Below, in pieces: positions 24,615 to 36,400 of a stretch of 52,643 nt of DNA. Source of the DNA: a virus (lineage: Duplodnaviria > Caudoviricetes); IMG/VR virus record IMGVR_UViG_3300023116_000065, positions 1-52,643 of that record, one strand, 5' to 3'. The notes under the pieces are model-generated. The model saw only the letters and a list, made by a program, of their open reading frames with translations. It had not been told where the DNA came from and did not search any database. The position numbers and the translations under genes are program-made. Within the stretch, counting starts at the first letter, position 1. Each line of letters opens with the position of its first letter.

Positions 24615-27600
24615 ATGCCACAGAGTACTAATCTAAACGTATCTCCTTATTATGATGATTTTGATGTAAATAAAGATTTTTATAGAGTATTATTCCGACC
24701 TGGATATTCTATTCAGTCTAGAGAATTAACTACTCTACAATCTATTCTCCAAAATCAAGTTGAGAGTATTGGAAAAAATATTGTAAAAGAGGGATCCATG
24801 GTGGTCCCTGGTGAAGTCTCATATAATAACTCATACAATTATATCAAACTCTCAAGTTTCTCCCAGGGATTTGCTTTATCTCAATTTTTGGGTTCAACTC
24901 TAACTGGAGAAACAACTGGAGTTACTGCTAAGGTAATTAATGTATCTGAAGAAACTTCATCAGATGCAGTCACTTTATATGTAAATTATGTTTCTAGTGG
25001 AACATCAAATACAAATAGAGTTTTCCAAGAAGGTGAAATCTTATCAACTGATATTGTAGGATCTCCGACAGCTGTTGTTGGTATTACAGGAAGCACAAAA
25101 CCAACGGTATACCGACCAGTTGGTTCATCATCAGATCTTGTTCAAAATTCTGCTGTAGGTAAAGGGTCTGCAGTATTTGTGCAGGAGGGAATTTACTTTA
25201 CCAATGGGCATTATGTTCGTAATGCAACTCAAACTCTCATCATTGATAAGTATTCAGTTACTCCAACCTGTAGGGTTGGATTTCTTGTACAAGAAGAAGT
25301 TGTTACTCCAGAAGAAGATGAGTCATTGAATGACAATGCTGCTGGTTACAGTAACTATGCTGCACCTGGTGGTCATAGACTAAAAATTACTCTAACTCTA
25401 GCTTCTAGGGATATTGATTCTGTAGTTGAGAGTAATTTTATTGAGCTTCTCAGAATTCGTAATGGTGTTATTGAGAGAAAGATCGAGAAAAAAACTTGGT
25501 CAGATCTAGAAGAGATTTTAGCTAGAAGAACTTACGATGAGTCAGGAGACTACATTGTAAAAAACTATACTGTTGATCTAAAAGAACATAAAAATAATGG
25601 AACCAACAATGGTTTCTATAGTTTAGATCCTGAAGATAATTTGTATGATGGACTGACATCTCAAGAGTCTGATGATTCTATGGTTGCTGCCATCAGTCCT
25701 GGTAAGGCATATGTTCGTGGATATGAAATTGAAAATGTAGGTACTAAGTTCAAAACACTCTCAAAGGCTAGAGATACCTTTGTCAAAGAGAGATCTTCAC
25801 TAACAGTTCCTACTGGGTCTTATCTAAACGTACAGAATGTTTATGGATCTACAGATGTATCAAACGTTTCTACTAGTGGAATTACAACAGAAACTAGTGA
25901 GCAGGTACTTTTTTACAATGCATTCACTGACAGTTATCTAGGAAATACTAAACTGGGTAGAGGTGATGCCCCTCAAACTAGATATCTTGTTCAGATTGAA
26001 AATCTTTCTGCACAAGCAACATATGAATGGACTAATAGTGTTGTTGGTATGAAGTCTTCTTCATACCCAGCTGGCGCCTTTAGTGCAACTATTAATAAAG
26101 TTGATAAATTAGGATTTACTGCAGTATCTGGGACCATTCAAAATGGTGCAGCATCCACTGCAGATTGCGATACCTATCTTGCTTTAGTTACTCTTGGTTC
26201 GGGAGCTTTTCTTCCTATTTCAGGTCAAACCATTGAGGATGCCGATGTAAACCTCAATGGAAGTGGAATCCCAAGAGGAATTATCAGAAGAGTTTGGGAA
26301 CTGCCTGGTAGACCTATTGGATGTGCTCATCCAAAGTATATGAGACTTTCTAATGGTGTTGTTGATGCAAATGGTAAGATTGCAGGTAATGAGAATATTG
26401 ATTCAGTATTTAGACTAGGACTATTTGATACCTCAACATTTACAACGATCAAGTGTTTCGGTACTGCTCCTGTTGGAAACTTTACTAATGGTATCAAAAC
26501 TCTCGGAGCAAGACTAACTGGTTCTTCTAGTGGAGCAACTGGTATTGTTGAGTCTTCATATACTGGTGATGGATATGATGAAGTATTTTTATCAAATGTC
26601 AAGGGTACTTTCATTGAAGGTGAGGTTCTTGTAACTGATCCTGATTATGGTAATGATGGTAAGAGAGCACAAGGGACTATTATCAAAAGTGGAACCATTA
26701 GAAAAATCCACATCAGTGATCCTGGTACTGGATATTCAACCACGTCAAATCCTGCTGCAGCAGTAGCATTATCAATTAATGGTGAGCAGGTAAAGGTAAC
26801 AAGAACTCTCGGCAATGATGTATATGCTTTCCAATTGACTGCTGATACTAATGGTGGTGTTTATTCATTACCTATTGATGATGGCACTAATACTGCCTCT
26901 GTATTCCCCAATAAGTGGAGCTACAAGAGTCCTAATGCCACTGTATATACAAAGACCCCAACAGCGTCAATTCTTGCTAATGTTGGATATGTTGCTGCAA
27001 CTCTTGAGGTTGAACTCTGGGGAGAAACAATCACAACTAATGGTGTTAGCGACTTTAAGTCAGTAACAATTCCTGGTGGAAATAAGTTCAGTGCAGATGT
27101 AGTATCAAATTCAGTATCCTTTACTAATCTAGTTGAAGTATGTCAAGTTTCTGCTTCTACTGGAAATGATTATTTTGAGGTTACTTCTTTAGATAAAGAT
27201 CCTCGCATTCTTCTCAATAACAATGATGTAATCAAAGTTGTTGATGATAGTGGAGCGGAGAGAAGGTATTTAGTCTACAGGGTAGAGAAAAGTGATATTC
27301 TCTCTAGATCAAGAATTTACATTGCAGGAACTATTACTTCTTCTAGTACTAATGCACTTCTTTATAAGGTAGAATCATTATTTGGTGGATTTGGTCAGAA
27401 TAGCCTGGTCATTCCAATGCCAGATTCTACTATCAAGACTGTTGCTAGAGATAAGAATAAGACTAAGTTTAGTCTAAAGGCACAGAAACAACTGGTATCA
27501 ACTATTGGTAATGATGGAACAATTTCTTTCAACCTCAGTGGTGTTGATCAAGACTTCCAAGATTTCTCAGAGCAACGTTTTACTGCAGTTGTAGCAGATC

Positions 27601-30600
27601 CTGGTTCTGCTTCTGGTCTAGAGCAAGGTGATATTATTGATCTTGCAAGATATCAGGTACAGAGAGTATCTGCAACTGCTGGTGTCAATGCATCTATCTC
27701 TTTCTCGGGTCTACCTGCTACTTTCTATGGTGGAAAAATTAAGTTGACTGCTGCAGTCATCTTGAATAATTCAAAACCAAGAACTAAGATTCTGAGAAAT
27801 GTCCAAGTTCAGGTTTCTACTTATAATAAGAAAGATATCATCAGTCTCGGAAAGACTGATGGATTTAGATTGAATGCTGTTTATATGTCGGCAGACCCAG
27901 ATTCTGCAGCAACAGTAACTGATATTGATATCAAAGATAGATTCTACTTTGATAATGGTCAAAGAGACAACCTTTATGATATTGTAAGGATTATTAGAGG
28001 TAAAAATACTGAAGAACCATCAGGACAACTTCTTGTAGACTTTGATTATTTTGATCACACGTCAAATGATGGTGATTATTTCTCGGTTGATTCGTATATC
28101 AATCCAAATAACCTAAGCCTGTCTTATGGTGATATTCCAGCATATCGTTCTGAAAAATATGGAATTATTGAACTCAGAGATGCATTGGACTTCCGCTTAT
28201 CTGCAGACACTGGATTTTCAAGTACAAATGTTGGTAAGGTTGCTGGTGCAGAAGACAAGAGAGAGATTGGAGCACTTACATTCCAATCGATCAATAATGT
28301 AATCCCCACACCAGGTGATAGTGCTGAGTATGAATGTGAATTTTATCTAGCAAGGAGAGATAGTGTTTATCTGTCGAAGAGTGGTGCTTTCGAAATTGTC
28401 AGCGGAAAACCTTCAACAAATCCACAATATCCAAAACCAATTGAAGATGCATTAAGATTGTTTGATCTGGATATTCCTGCATATACTTTTAGTCCAAAGA
28501 ATGTAAAGGTACAGACATATAACTATAGACGCTATACCATGTCAGATCTTCGTACTCTTGAGAAGAGAGTTGAGAAGATTGAATATTATACTCAATTGAG
28601 TATGCTTGAGCAAGATACCCTCAATACATCAATCAAAGATGCCGTAACTGGTTTAGATAGATTTAAGAGTGGTATCATTGTAGATAACTTTGCAGGTCAC
28701 AATATTGGTGATGCATTGTCCAACGACTATCGTTGTGCAGTTGACATGCAATCTCAGCAATTGAGACCAAGACACTTTACTGATCAGATTGAACTTGAAG
28801 AAAGTGTTAGTGATGATGCATCTAGAGCATCTCTAGGATATAGAAAGAGTGGTAGTATTGTTACTCTTGACTATACTTCAGATGAGTTTGTCTCAAACAA
28901 ATTTGCTACCAAGACTATCAATCTAAACCCATTTCTACAATTCCAATACAAAGGTGTAATGGAAATTTCACCTGAAATGGACGAATGGAAAGATACAGAA
29001 TCCAGACCAGATTTGATTGTTCAAAATAATACACTTTTTGATACAATCTCTAGCATGGCAGATGAAAGAGGTGTTCTAGGCACAATCTGGAACGAGTGGC
29101 AGACTTCTTGGAGTGGATCTGAAGTAATTGCTTCTGATGAGGCAATTATTGATTCCAGAACTGGTCGTTTTGCAACAGGATCTTCAACTACAGTTCAAAG
29201 GGGTGGGCAAGGAATTAGAAATGTTACAACTACTAACTTCCAAAACTTCCGTGATGATGATGTTTTGACAACTGCGATTACTGCTCGCACAAGAACTAGA
29301 ACTAGAACAGGAACTAGAAATCAACTAACTGGTTTTGATACTGTCAATCAAGCATTTGGCAATAGAGTTGTTGGGGTAAACTTTATCCCATTTATGCGAT
29401 CCAGAGCAGTTGGATGGAGAGTCACTGGACTAAAACCAAATACAAGACTCTATGCATTCTTTGATTCTGTTGATGTTAATGCTTGGGTATGTCCAGATTC
29501 ATCATATACTGGTGAACCAGAAAGTTCACCTAAAGGATTTGGGCAACCAATCATTAGTGATGGTGAAGGTAGTGTTAGTGGTATCTTCATTGTTCCTAAT
29601 GGATTTCCACCCATCAATGTTTTTGATGACAACGTTGTAACCGAACTTGCTTCCAGAGGAATCTCTGGTGATGATCTAAACAGAAGAAGAGTAAGTCAAA
29701 GTTCTTCTACCGCAGATTTCAATAAGCAGAAGTTTACTGGTAGTGTAGATGACATTATCTACAACTCTGAAGGTGATTTCAGACAATTCAGAGTTGGTGA
29801 AAGCGTTCTTAGATTTACTTCTAGCGCGAAGAATTCTGCAAGAGAAGATGAAGTTGATACTTTCGCAGAGAAAGAGTATTTTGCAATTGGTCTCATGGAG
29901 ACTCAAGAAAATACTATCATGTCAACTAGAGTCCCAACAATTGCACAGAGAACTGTATCTGATCAGGATACTGCACAATTTGTTGATGGTGTTAGAACTA
30001 ACGTTGATACAAGAAGAACAAATACTGGAACTAGCACTGCGACTGCAACAGGTAACTGGTTCGATCCAGTTGCACAGACATTCCTAGTTGAAGGATATGG
30101 TGAAGGTGTCTTCATGACAGAACTCGATGTCTTCTTCAAGACTAAGAGTGATGTTACTCCTACTGAATGTTATCTGACAGAGACAAAAATTGGTACTCCT
30201 GGCAAGAAGATTATTCCATTCAGTAATGTTCAGGTACAACCAGACACTAAACTAAAAATTGTTAGTGATTCTTCTATTAGTTTTATTGATGGTGAAACTG
30301 TTGTTGGTATTACCTCTGGTGCTTCTGGAACGGTCAAGAGTGATTTAGATATTGCAGGTGTAACTGCAAATATCAATTTCTCAAATACTGTATATACTCT
30401 TGTCTTGGATAACCATAATGGTATTGAGTTCTTACCTGGAGAGCAAATCAAGATTCAAAGATTCCCAGAACCCACTTCAGTTATTAATATTGCAGAACAA
30501 TCCCATGCAGTTTCTGGTGGTTTCATGAGAACTGGTGGTACTGGATACACTAGTGCCAGTGTTACAATTTCAGCTCCAGAACAAGTTGGTGGTGTTCAAG

Positions 30601-33260
30601 CAACTGCAACTGCATCAGTTTCTACTGATGGATCTATCAATCATATTACAATCACTAATCCTGGTTCTGGATATATTTCCGAACCTTCAATTAATATTCA
30701 AGGTGACGGTGCTGGAGCTACAGCAGTAACAAGTATCAGATTGATTCAAAACCCAGTATCTATGGGTGTTTCTACATCAGAAGATGCTAGTGCAGCAACT
30801 AAATTTAAGTTTGCAGCACCAGTATTCTTAGAGAACAATAAAGAATATGCCTTTGTTGTTCTGTCCAATAGTCTTGACTACAACATGTATGTTTCTAGAC
30901 TTGGTGATACTGAAATTGGAACCACTCAAAGAGTTTCTCAGCAACCATTACTTGGTTCTTTATTCAAGTCCCAGAACTCTACTGTTTGGACTGCAGATCA
31001 GTTTGAAGATGTTAAGTTTACACTATACAGAGCTAAGTTTGACACCAATTCTACTGCTGTTGTTGAATTCAACAACAAAGCACTTCCTATGAAGTCTCTG
31101 GAAAATAGACCTCTTGAGACTAATAAACTATCTTACAGAGGTGGACAAGCAATTGGTGAAAGTATCTTTACATCATCTTCCGCACCAACAACATATTCAG
31201 ATTCAGTGTTTGGTGGTAACCCAAGAATTGTAAGAGTTCATCATTATAATCATGGCATGAACGAAGGCGATTATGTAATTGTAAATGGAATTACTGGTGT
31301 TGGTACTGGCGATCCAGTAGCAAATGGTATTGGTATTTCTAAAATTAATACCTTACATCAAATTGAAAACGTAAGTCATAATTCATATGAAATCCTTATT
31401 CCTAAGGATTCAGGATCAACTGCTGATCAAGCAACTGAAAGTGGTAGAGTTGGTGGTAACTTTGCTTTTGCATCACAAAATCAACAGTTCCAAGTAATTC
31501 AACCACAAGTTGGATTATTACAATTTGCAGGAACTTCTGTTGGTCATACAGTCAGTGCTTTGAAATCTTCATCAATTGACTATTCAAATCCAAGTGCATA
31601 TAGTATTGGGCAGTTCTCAGTAAGTCCTGGATCAAATACTTATTTGACAGATAACTATCAAATTCTTTCTGAAATTAATGAAGTCAAAAAGAATAATGGT
31701 GACAAATCATTTAAGTATTCAGTAACTCTAAGTACATCAAATGATGCAGTGTCTCCAGTAATTGACTTGGATAGAGTCAACATGTTTGTTACGATGAATC
31801 TCATTGATAATCCAAAACCAACTGCGTCTAGGTTTGGATATCATGTCTATAGAATTTATCCATTCAATAACGCACCTAATAGTGGTGGAGAACCAACTAC
31901 AACAGGTCTTGCATTAGGTTCTATTATTCAGCAAATTTACAAAGTAGATTCTAATGGTAATAGAAACTTCCTAACAGGAAGCGTTGAATCATTATCTTCT
32001 GTTCATATTCAAGCAGAAGTTGTTGGGATCAATACTACTGAAAATTATATTGATATTCGTTATTTGAAAGTTCCAACGGCAAATGTCAACGCTCAGTCTG
32101 GTATCAAAATTCTAAATGCAGGTCAAAGATTTGAACCACAGGATCCTTCAAATCCAGCATTGACTTCATACGTCTTCCAAGTTGCTGGAGCATCAACAGA
32201 TTATTATCTACATACTGCTACAGTTGATCTTGGGGGTTATCTCTATAGAGATGAAACAGAAAGTGAAATGGGATCTTTCGCTGCTAAGTATCAAACTAAG
32301 ACAATCAAACTAGAAAATGCAGCAACAAATATTGATCTTAGATTGACTGCTAATCTATTTGATAATAAAGATATCCAAGTTCTCTATAAGATCAAACCAA
32401 CCACTTCTGATAAGTCAATGAATCAGCAACCTTGGAATTATTTCAATCCAAAGACTGTTTCTACTTCTTCCCTGAAAGAAATCAAGGTTCTTGACAGTGG
32501 ATCAGGATATAGCAGTGCTCCAACGATTACTCTAAATCCACAAAATGGGGTCGAATTAACTCCTGTTATCAATAGTGGTACAGGAGAACTTGAAAAGGTT
32601 CTAGTTACTAAGAGAGGATCAGGATTCACTACTGCTCCAGAGGTTATTATTGATGCTGCCACAGGTGGTGCTGGTAATGCAATCAGCGCAAGATCTGTCA
32701 CCCAACCTGGATCTGGTTACTCCCCTGCAGTCGGATCACAAACTTATAATAACATTCCTGCAATTTATGATGCATCATCTCCACTAAACTTACCTTCTGC
32801 AGGTAGTAGTGCTACTTTTAATATTACTGTCAATAATGGTAGTGTCAGTGCGGCAGTTGTAAATGCTTCAGGTTCTGGCTATTCTGTTGGAGAAATCCTA
32901 ACGGTAGATCCAAACTTTGATGGTGCAGGTGCAGGTTCTGGTTTGACCATTGAGGTTACTGGTGTGACTGCAGCTGGTGCTCCAACTTCAGTAGCAATTG
33001 CAGAGGCAATTATCTTCCCAGTAGACTTTGATGAGGAAGAAAGTGGATTTGCTGATAATATTGACGAAGTACAAATTGAGAATTCAGACATTCTAGATCC
33101 CGCATTGGAAGATCCAAATGCATTCAAGGAATATAGATATAGTGTGGAAGATCTTCAGGAGTTTGATTCCTTCGCAATCAAGGTTCTGATGAGAGTCAAT
33201 AGCAACGGTCCCGCTTTTGTACCTAAGATTGAGGACCTCAGAGCAATCGCAAACATCTGA
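24615..33260 (+). CDS. VrlC-like (DUF4815-type) large virion structural protein (2881 aa)
   Basis: MPQSTNLNVSPYYDDFD...FYRVLFRPG..IQSRELTTLQSILQNQ; LARRTYDESGDY; DPVAQTF; C-terminal PKIEDLRAIA. Confidence 0.85.
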   Translation: MPQSTNLNVSPYYDDFDVNKDFYRVLFRPGYSIQSRELTTLQSILQNQVESIGKNIVKEGSMVVPGEVSYNNSYNYIKLSSFSQGFALSQFLGSTLTGETTGVTAKVINVSEETSSDAVTLYVNYVSSGTSNTNRVFQEGEILSTDIVGSPTAVVGITGSTKPTVYRPVGSSSDLVQNSAVGKGSAVFVQEGIYFTNGHYVRNATQTLIIDKYSVTPTCRVGFLVQEEVVTPEEDESLNDNAAGYSNYAAPGGHRLKITLTLASRDIDSVVESNFIELLRIRNGVIERKIEKKTWSDLEEILARRTYDESGDYIVKNYTVDLKEHKNNGTNNGFYSLDPEDNLYDGLTSQESDDSMVAAISPGKAYVRGYEIENVGTKFKTLSKARDTFVKERSSLTVPTGSYLNVQNVYGSTDVSNVSTSGITTETSEQVLFYNAFTDSYLGNTKLGRGDAPQTRYLVQIENLSAQATYEWTNSVVGMKSSSYPAGAFSATINKVDKLGFTAVSGTIQNGAASTADCDTYLALVTLGSGAFLPISGQTIEDADVNLNGSGIPRGIIRRVWELPGRPIGCAHPKYMRLSNGVVDANGKIAGNENIDSVFRLGLFDTSTFTTIKCFGTAPVGNFTNGIKTLGARLTGSSSGATGIVESSYTGDGYDEVFLSNVKGTFIEGEVLVTDPDYGNDGKRAQGTIIKSGTIRKIHISDPGTGYSTTSNPAAAVALSINGEQVKVTRTLGNDVYAFQLTADTNGGVYSLPIDDGTNTASVFPNKWSYKSPNATVYTKTPTASILANVGYVAATLEVELWGETITTNGVSDFKSVTIPGGNKFSADVVSNSVSFTNLVEVCQVSASTGNDYFEVTSLDKDPRILLNNNDVIKVVDDSGAERRYLVYRVEKSDILSRSRIYIAGTITSSSTNALLYKVESLFGGFGQNSLVIPMPDSTIKTVARDKNKTKFSLKAQKQLVSTIGNDGTISFNLSGVDQDFQDFSEQRFTAVVADPGSASGLEQGDIIDLARYQVQRVSATAGVNASISFSGLPATFYGGKIKLTAAVILNNSKPRTKILRNVQVQVSTYNKKDIISLGKTDGFRLNAVYMSADPDSAATVTDIDIKDRFYFDNGQRDNLYDIVRIIRGKNTEEPSGQLLVDFDYFDHTSNDGDYFSVDSYINPNNLSLSYGDIPAYRSEKYGIIELRDALDFRLSADTGFSSTNVGKVAGAEDKREIGALTFQSINNVIPTPGDSAEYECEFYLARRDSVYLSKSGAFEIVSGKPSTNPQYPKPIEDALRLFDLDIPAYTFSPKNVKVQTYNYRRYTMSDLRTLEKRVEKIEYYTQLSMLEQDTLNTSIKDAVTGLDRFKSGIIVDNFAGHNIGDALSNDYRCAVDMQSQQLRPRHFTDQIELEESVSDDASRASLGYRKSGSIVTLDYTSDEFVSNKFATKTINLNPFLQFQYKGVMEISPEMDEWKDTESRPDLIVQNNTLFDTISSMADERGVLGTIWNEWQTSWSGSEVIASDEAIIDSRTGRFATGSSTTVQRGGQGIRNVTTTNFQNFRDDDVLTTAITARTRTRTRTGTRNQLTGFDTVNQAFGNRVVGVNFIPFMRSRAVGWRVTGLKPNTRLYAFFDSVDVNAWVCPDSSYTGEPESSPKGFGQPIISDGEGSVSGIFIVPNGFPPINVFDDNVVTELASRGISGDDLNRRRVSQSSSTADFNKQKFTGSVDDIIYNSEGDFRQFRVGESVLRFTSSAKNSAREDEVDTFAEKEYFAIGLMETQENTIMSTRVPTIAQRTVSDQDTAQFVDGVRTNVDTRRTNTGTSTATATGNWFDPVAQTFLVEGYGEGVFMTELDVFFKTKSDVTPTECYLTETKIGTPGKKIIPFSNVQVQPDTKLKIVSDSSISFIDGETVVGITSGASGTVKSDLDIAGVTANINFSNTVYTLVLDNHNGIEFLPGEQIKIQRFPEPTSVINIAEQSHAVSGGFMRTGGTGYTSASVTISAPEQVGGVQATATASVSTDGSINHITITNPGSGYISEPSINIQGDGAGATAVTSIRLIQNPVSMGVSTSEDASAATKFKFAAPVFLENNKEYAFVVLSNSLDYNMYVSRLGDTEIGTTQRVSQQPLLGSLFKSQNSTVWTADQFEDVKFTLYRAKFDTNSTAVVEFNNKALPMKSLENRPLETNKLSYRGGQAIGESIFTSSSAPTTYSDSVFGGNPRIVRVHHYNHGMNEGDYVIVNGITGVGTGDPVANGIGISKINTLHQIENVSHNSYEILIPKDSGSTADQATESGRVGGNFAFASQNQQFQVIQPQVGLLQFAGTSVGHTVSALKSSSIDYSNPSAYSIGQFSVSPGSNTYLTDNYQILSEINEVKKNNGDKSFKYSVTLSTSNDAVSPVIDLDRVNMFVTMNLIDNPKPTASRFGYHVYRIYPFNNAPNSGGEPTTTGLALGSIIQQIYKVDSNGNRNFLTGSVESLSSVHIQAEVVGINTTENYIDIRYLKVPTANVNAQSGIKILNAGQRFEPQDPSNPALTSYVFQVAGASTDYYLHTATVDLGGYLYRDETESEMGSFAAKYQTKTIKLENAATNIDLRLTANLFDNKDIQVLYKIKPTTSDKSMNQQPWNYFNPKTVSTSSLKEIKVLDSGSGYSSAPTITLNPQNGVELTPVINSGTGELEKVLVTKRGSGFTTAPEVIIDAATGGAGNAISARSVTQPGSGYSPAVGSQTYNNIPAIYDASSPLNLPSAGSSATFNITVNNGSVSAAVVNASGSGYSVGEILTVDPNFDGAGAGSGLTIEVTGVTAAGAPTSVAIAEAIIFPVDFDEEESGFADNIDEVQIENSDILDPALEDPNAFKEYRYSVEDLQEFDSFAIKVLMRVNSNGPAFVPKIEDLRAIANI

Positions 33261-33261
33261 T

Positions 33262-33477
33262 ATGGACGAAGTAAAAATTGAAGGGCACTCCAATCTAAGC
33301 AAAAACTTAGATTCGGGTGCCATCGTCAACAAGGACAAAGTAGCATATCAAAGATATCTACAATCAAAAAAGAACATGAAAGAAATGCAGGACACTGTGA
33401 GCGATATAAATAAAATGAAGGAAGAGATGTCTGAAATCAAAACTCTACTGAAGGAATTGCTAAAGAAGAATGTCTAA
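33262..33477 (+). CDS. Conserved small coiled-coil protein (71 aa)
   Basis: VKIEGHSNLSKNLDSGAIVN...EMSEIKTLLKELL; ATG 1 nt after the previous stop. Confidence 0.8.
   Translation: MDEVKIEGHSNLSKNLDSGAIVNKDKVAYQRYLQSKKNMKEMQDTVSDINKMKEEMSEIKTLLKELLKKNV
33405..33412 (+). promoter_or_regulatory. T4-type late promoter
   Basis: TATAAATA 57 nt upstream of the protease ORF. Confidence 0.65.
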
Positions 33478-36400
33478 TAAAGTTCTCTTACAGAAATCAA
33501 AACTTTCTGAATTAAGTCTTACACAGATCGCAGAAGATGTTTCTTCAAAAGTATCTGTAGATAGTTACAAGATACTAAAAAACCAGAATCTCATCGTTTT
33601 TGACGGAGACGATCAAGATAGGTTATACGCTGAGATCAAGGATCTAGAACACGGAAAGGTTACTAAAGACCATAGCAATTTTGAGTTTCATGCTCAGAGA
33701 TCAACTATTGCACCAGGAACCAGTAATAGATATTGGCATCTGGATGCAATTACGCGACTAGATTATACACATAATGCTCCTTCAGGTAACGGCACATTCT
33801 CAACCATTAATAATGGTGAAGATATTGATATCTATATCATTGACTCTGGTATTCAGGGTGCGAGTAGACCTACAGGAACAAATGCGGCGCTCCACCCAGA
33901 ACTATTTGATCCTCAATATGTCACTGATTTGAATGGTGCAACTGAACAGGCATTCTATAGAGTATACGAACTTCCAACATCTGTTTATAATCCAGGAACT
34001 ACTGCTGGCAATGATCCTCAGTCTACTGGTAACATTGCTAATGATGGACACGGAACATATTGTGCCATCATGGCAGCAGGTAGATATGCTGGTGTAGCTA
34101 ACAAAGCCAAAGTCTATTCTCTTAGAGTTTCAGACGACTCTGGAGTTATTTACCTCTCCAAGATGATTGAGGCATATGAAGCAATTTATCGTCATAATGA
34201 CCCAGACGACTCTGAATATAAGGGTAATACTCTAGAGGGAAATACTAGACCCAGACCCTCTGTTGTAAACGTCAGTATTGGTGCAACAGCTCCAAACCCA
34301 AAAGCACCATATATTGATAGAAACGAAAATTATACTGGCAATGCTGTTGCTCTAACAGCATCTGCATCTAGTAGCAATGATTATACTATTAATGGAACTG
34401 ATGCTGCCACTACACACACTAATGCATTAGATCCAACGATCACTGTCAATGCAGGTGATACGCTGACCATTACAACATCAGCGGGTGCATCGCACCCAAT
34501 GTCGATTTGTGTTGAGGGTACAACCACATATAGTGAGGGTGCTCGCGTTGAGGTTGGTGTCACTGGTCAAGGTGAAACTAATGGTGATATTGTAATTGAT
34601 ACAACAGCACTACTAGCAGGAGAAAGAACTGGTAGTTTTGTTTACATCTGTCAGTCTCATGATGCAATGAGAGGGACGATTACTATTAATGATGCAAACT
34701 CTCCAACATCATCTAATGTAAATGAAATTCTGGATGATGGAGAATTTATTCTTTCTACCCAGAAAGGTGTTGCTGTTACCCGCTCTGCTGGTAATGGTAT
34801 GCAGTTTATTGATCCAGATATTGATCCAAATAATCCAGTTGACTATGGTCCACAAAACACCAAAATTACATATGGTTCTAGAAACGCAGGTAAACCATCA
34901 CTCCTAGATCCAGAGATTAGTATCGCACCAGAATACAACAGAAATGAGGTAAATAACGCAACTAAGTTTGTTGTTGGTGCAACTAAAATTGATTCAAATA
35001 ATAAACAATCTTTTGCTGATTTTACAAACTATGGTGAAGCAGTAACTTGTTACGCTCCAGGTCAAGGAATTTTATGTCCAAGATATGATTGGAATAGTGG
35101 AGACGATTATACTGCATCCCATATCACAATTAATGGTACATCATTCTCTGCACCTCTTGTTGCAGGTATGCTTGCAGTATGGAAGCAGATTCATGATGGA
35201 CCTGTGTGGTCCACAGGTTTACATAACGCATCCATTGCTACTGAGAGAAAGTATAAATTTGCCGATTATACAAATCCTAGCGTAATTACTCAAGGCGCAG
35301 TTGGTAATTTCCAAAACCCAACTAGGGCGTCTTCTGGATCTGCCGTAACAAGATATGGAAGCACATCCTCAGGTTCAAGTTGGTATAGATTCTCAACAAC
35401 ATCAGCGTCTAATGCTGTTGTTTTACAACTGACTGATGCTGAGTATACTGCACTATCTCCTGCTCAGAATGATGTATTTGAATTCGAATTCCCAAGAATT
35501 CAGGAAAATAATACTACGGGTGCAAATGGACTTGCAACGGAATACCTCCGAGATGCAATGCACTTGGGTGAAAGAAGAGATTATAATGTTACCGTAGCAC
35601 CAGGTGGTGGCGGTAACGTATATGAACTTGCTAGAGTTCAAAATGGTATTGCGGGAACAGCAACTGCTCAACCAGTTCTCCAATTAGATGATGGTGTTGT
35701 TTATCGTTTTGATCAATCGGATTCATCAAACGCAACACATCCTATTGCAATTTCAAATACTGGTGATGGTACTCATAGTGGTGGAGTTAATTTCCAGACT
35801 TATGTTTCTAACCTTGCTGGTCAGTTATCACAATCTTATAAGAAAAACCTAAGATTCTTCAAAGATGAGGGAACTGGTCCTGTAGAGATTGACCAGGATG
35901 CATATAATGGTCTTGTAGGTCAAGGTCCCGCAATCAAAACATGGATTGAATGGATCAATCCACAAAACAATACCCATCCAAAAGTTGATAGTTCTATCTA
36001 CGCATCAGTATTCCACTACTATTGTGTGAACCATCCAAATATGGGTAGTTCTTTGAATTCATCAGGAACTGTTCCATCTACTGTAAGTATTGGTGGTATT
36101 GATCTAAGAGAATTTGGTAAGAAGTGGAGAAAAGTACAATCAGTAGATGCCGTAAATAAGACTATTACTTTCCATGCAGATTCAAATGCAACAGGAACAG
36201 AAGTAGGTGGTGGTGGTGCGTTTGCACAAGCAGATGAAATTACTGATCAGGGTGCTTGGCCAAGATATCCATTGAGATTTACTAAGATTACTGGAACTTG
36301 GTTTGCTAATGATGCTGTTTGGAACTGGACTGAAAACCACTCATCAGTTCTATATCCCTTCACTAAGTATGCTGGAGGTTCTTTCTCTGCGGGTGAGTTC

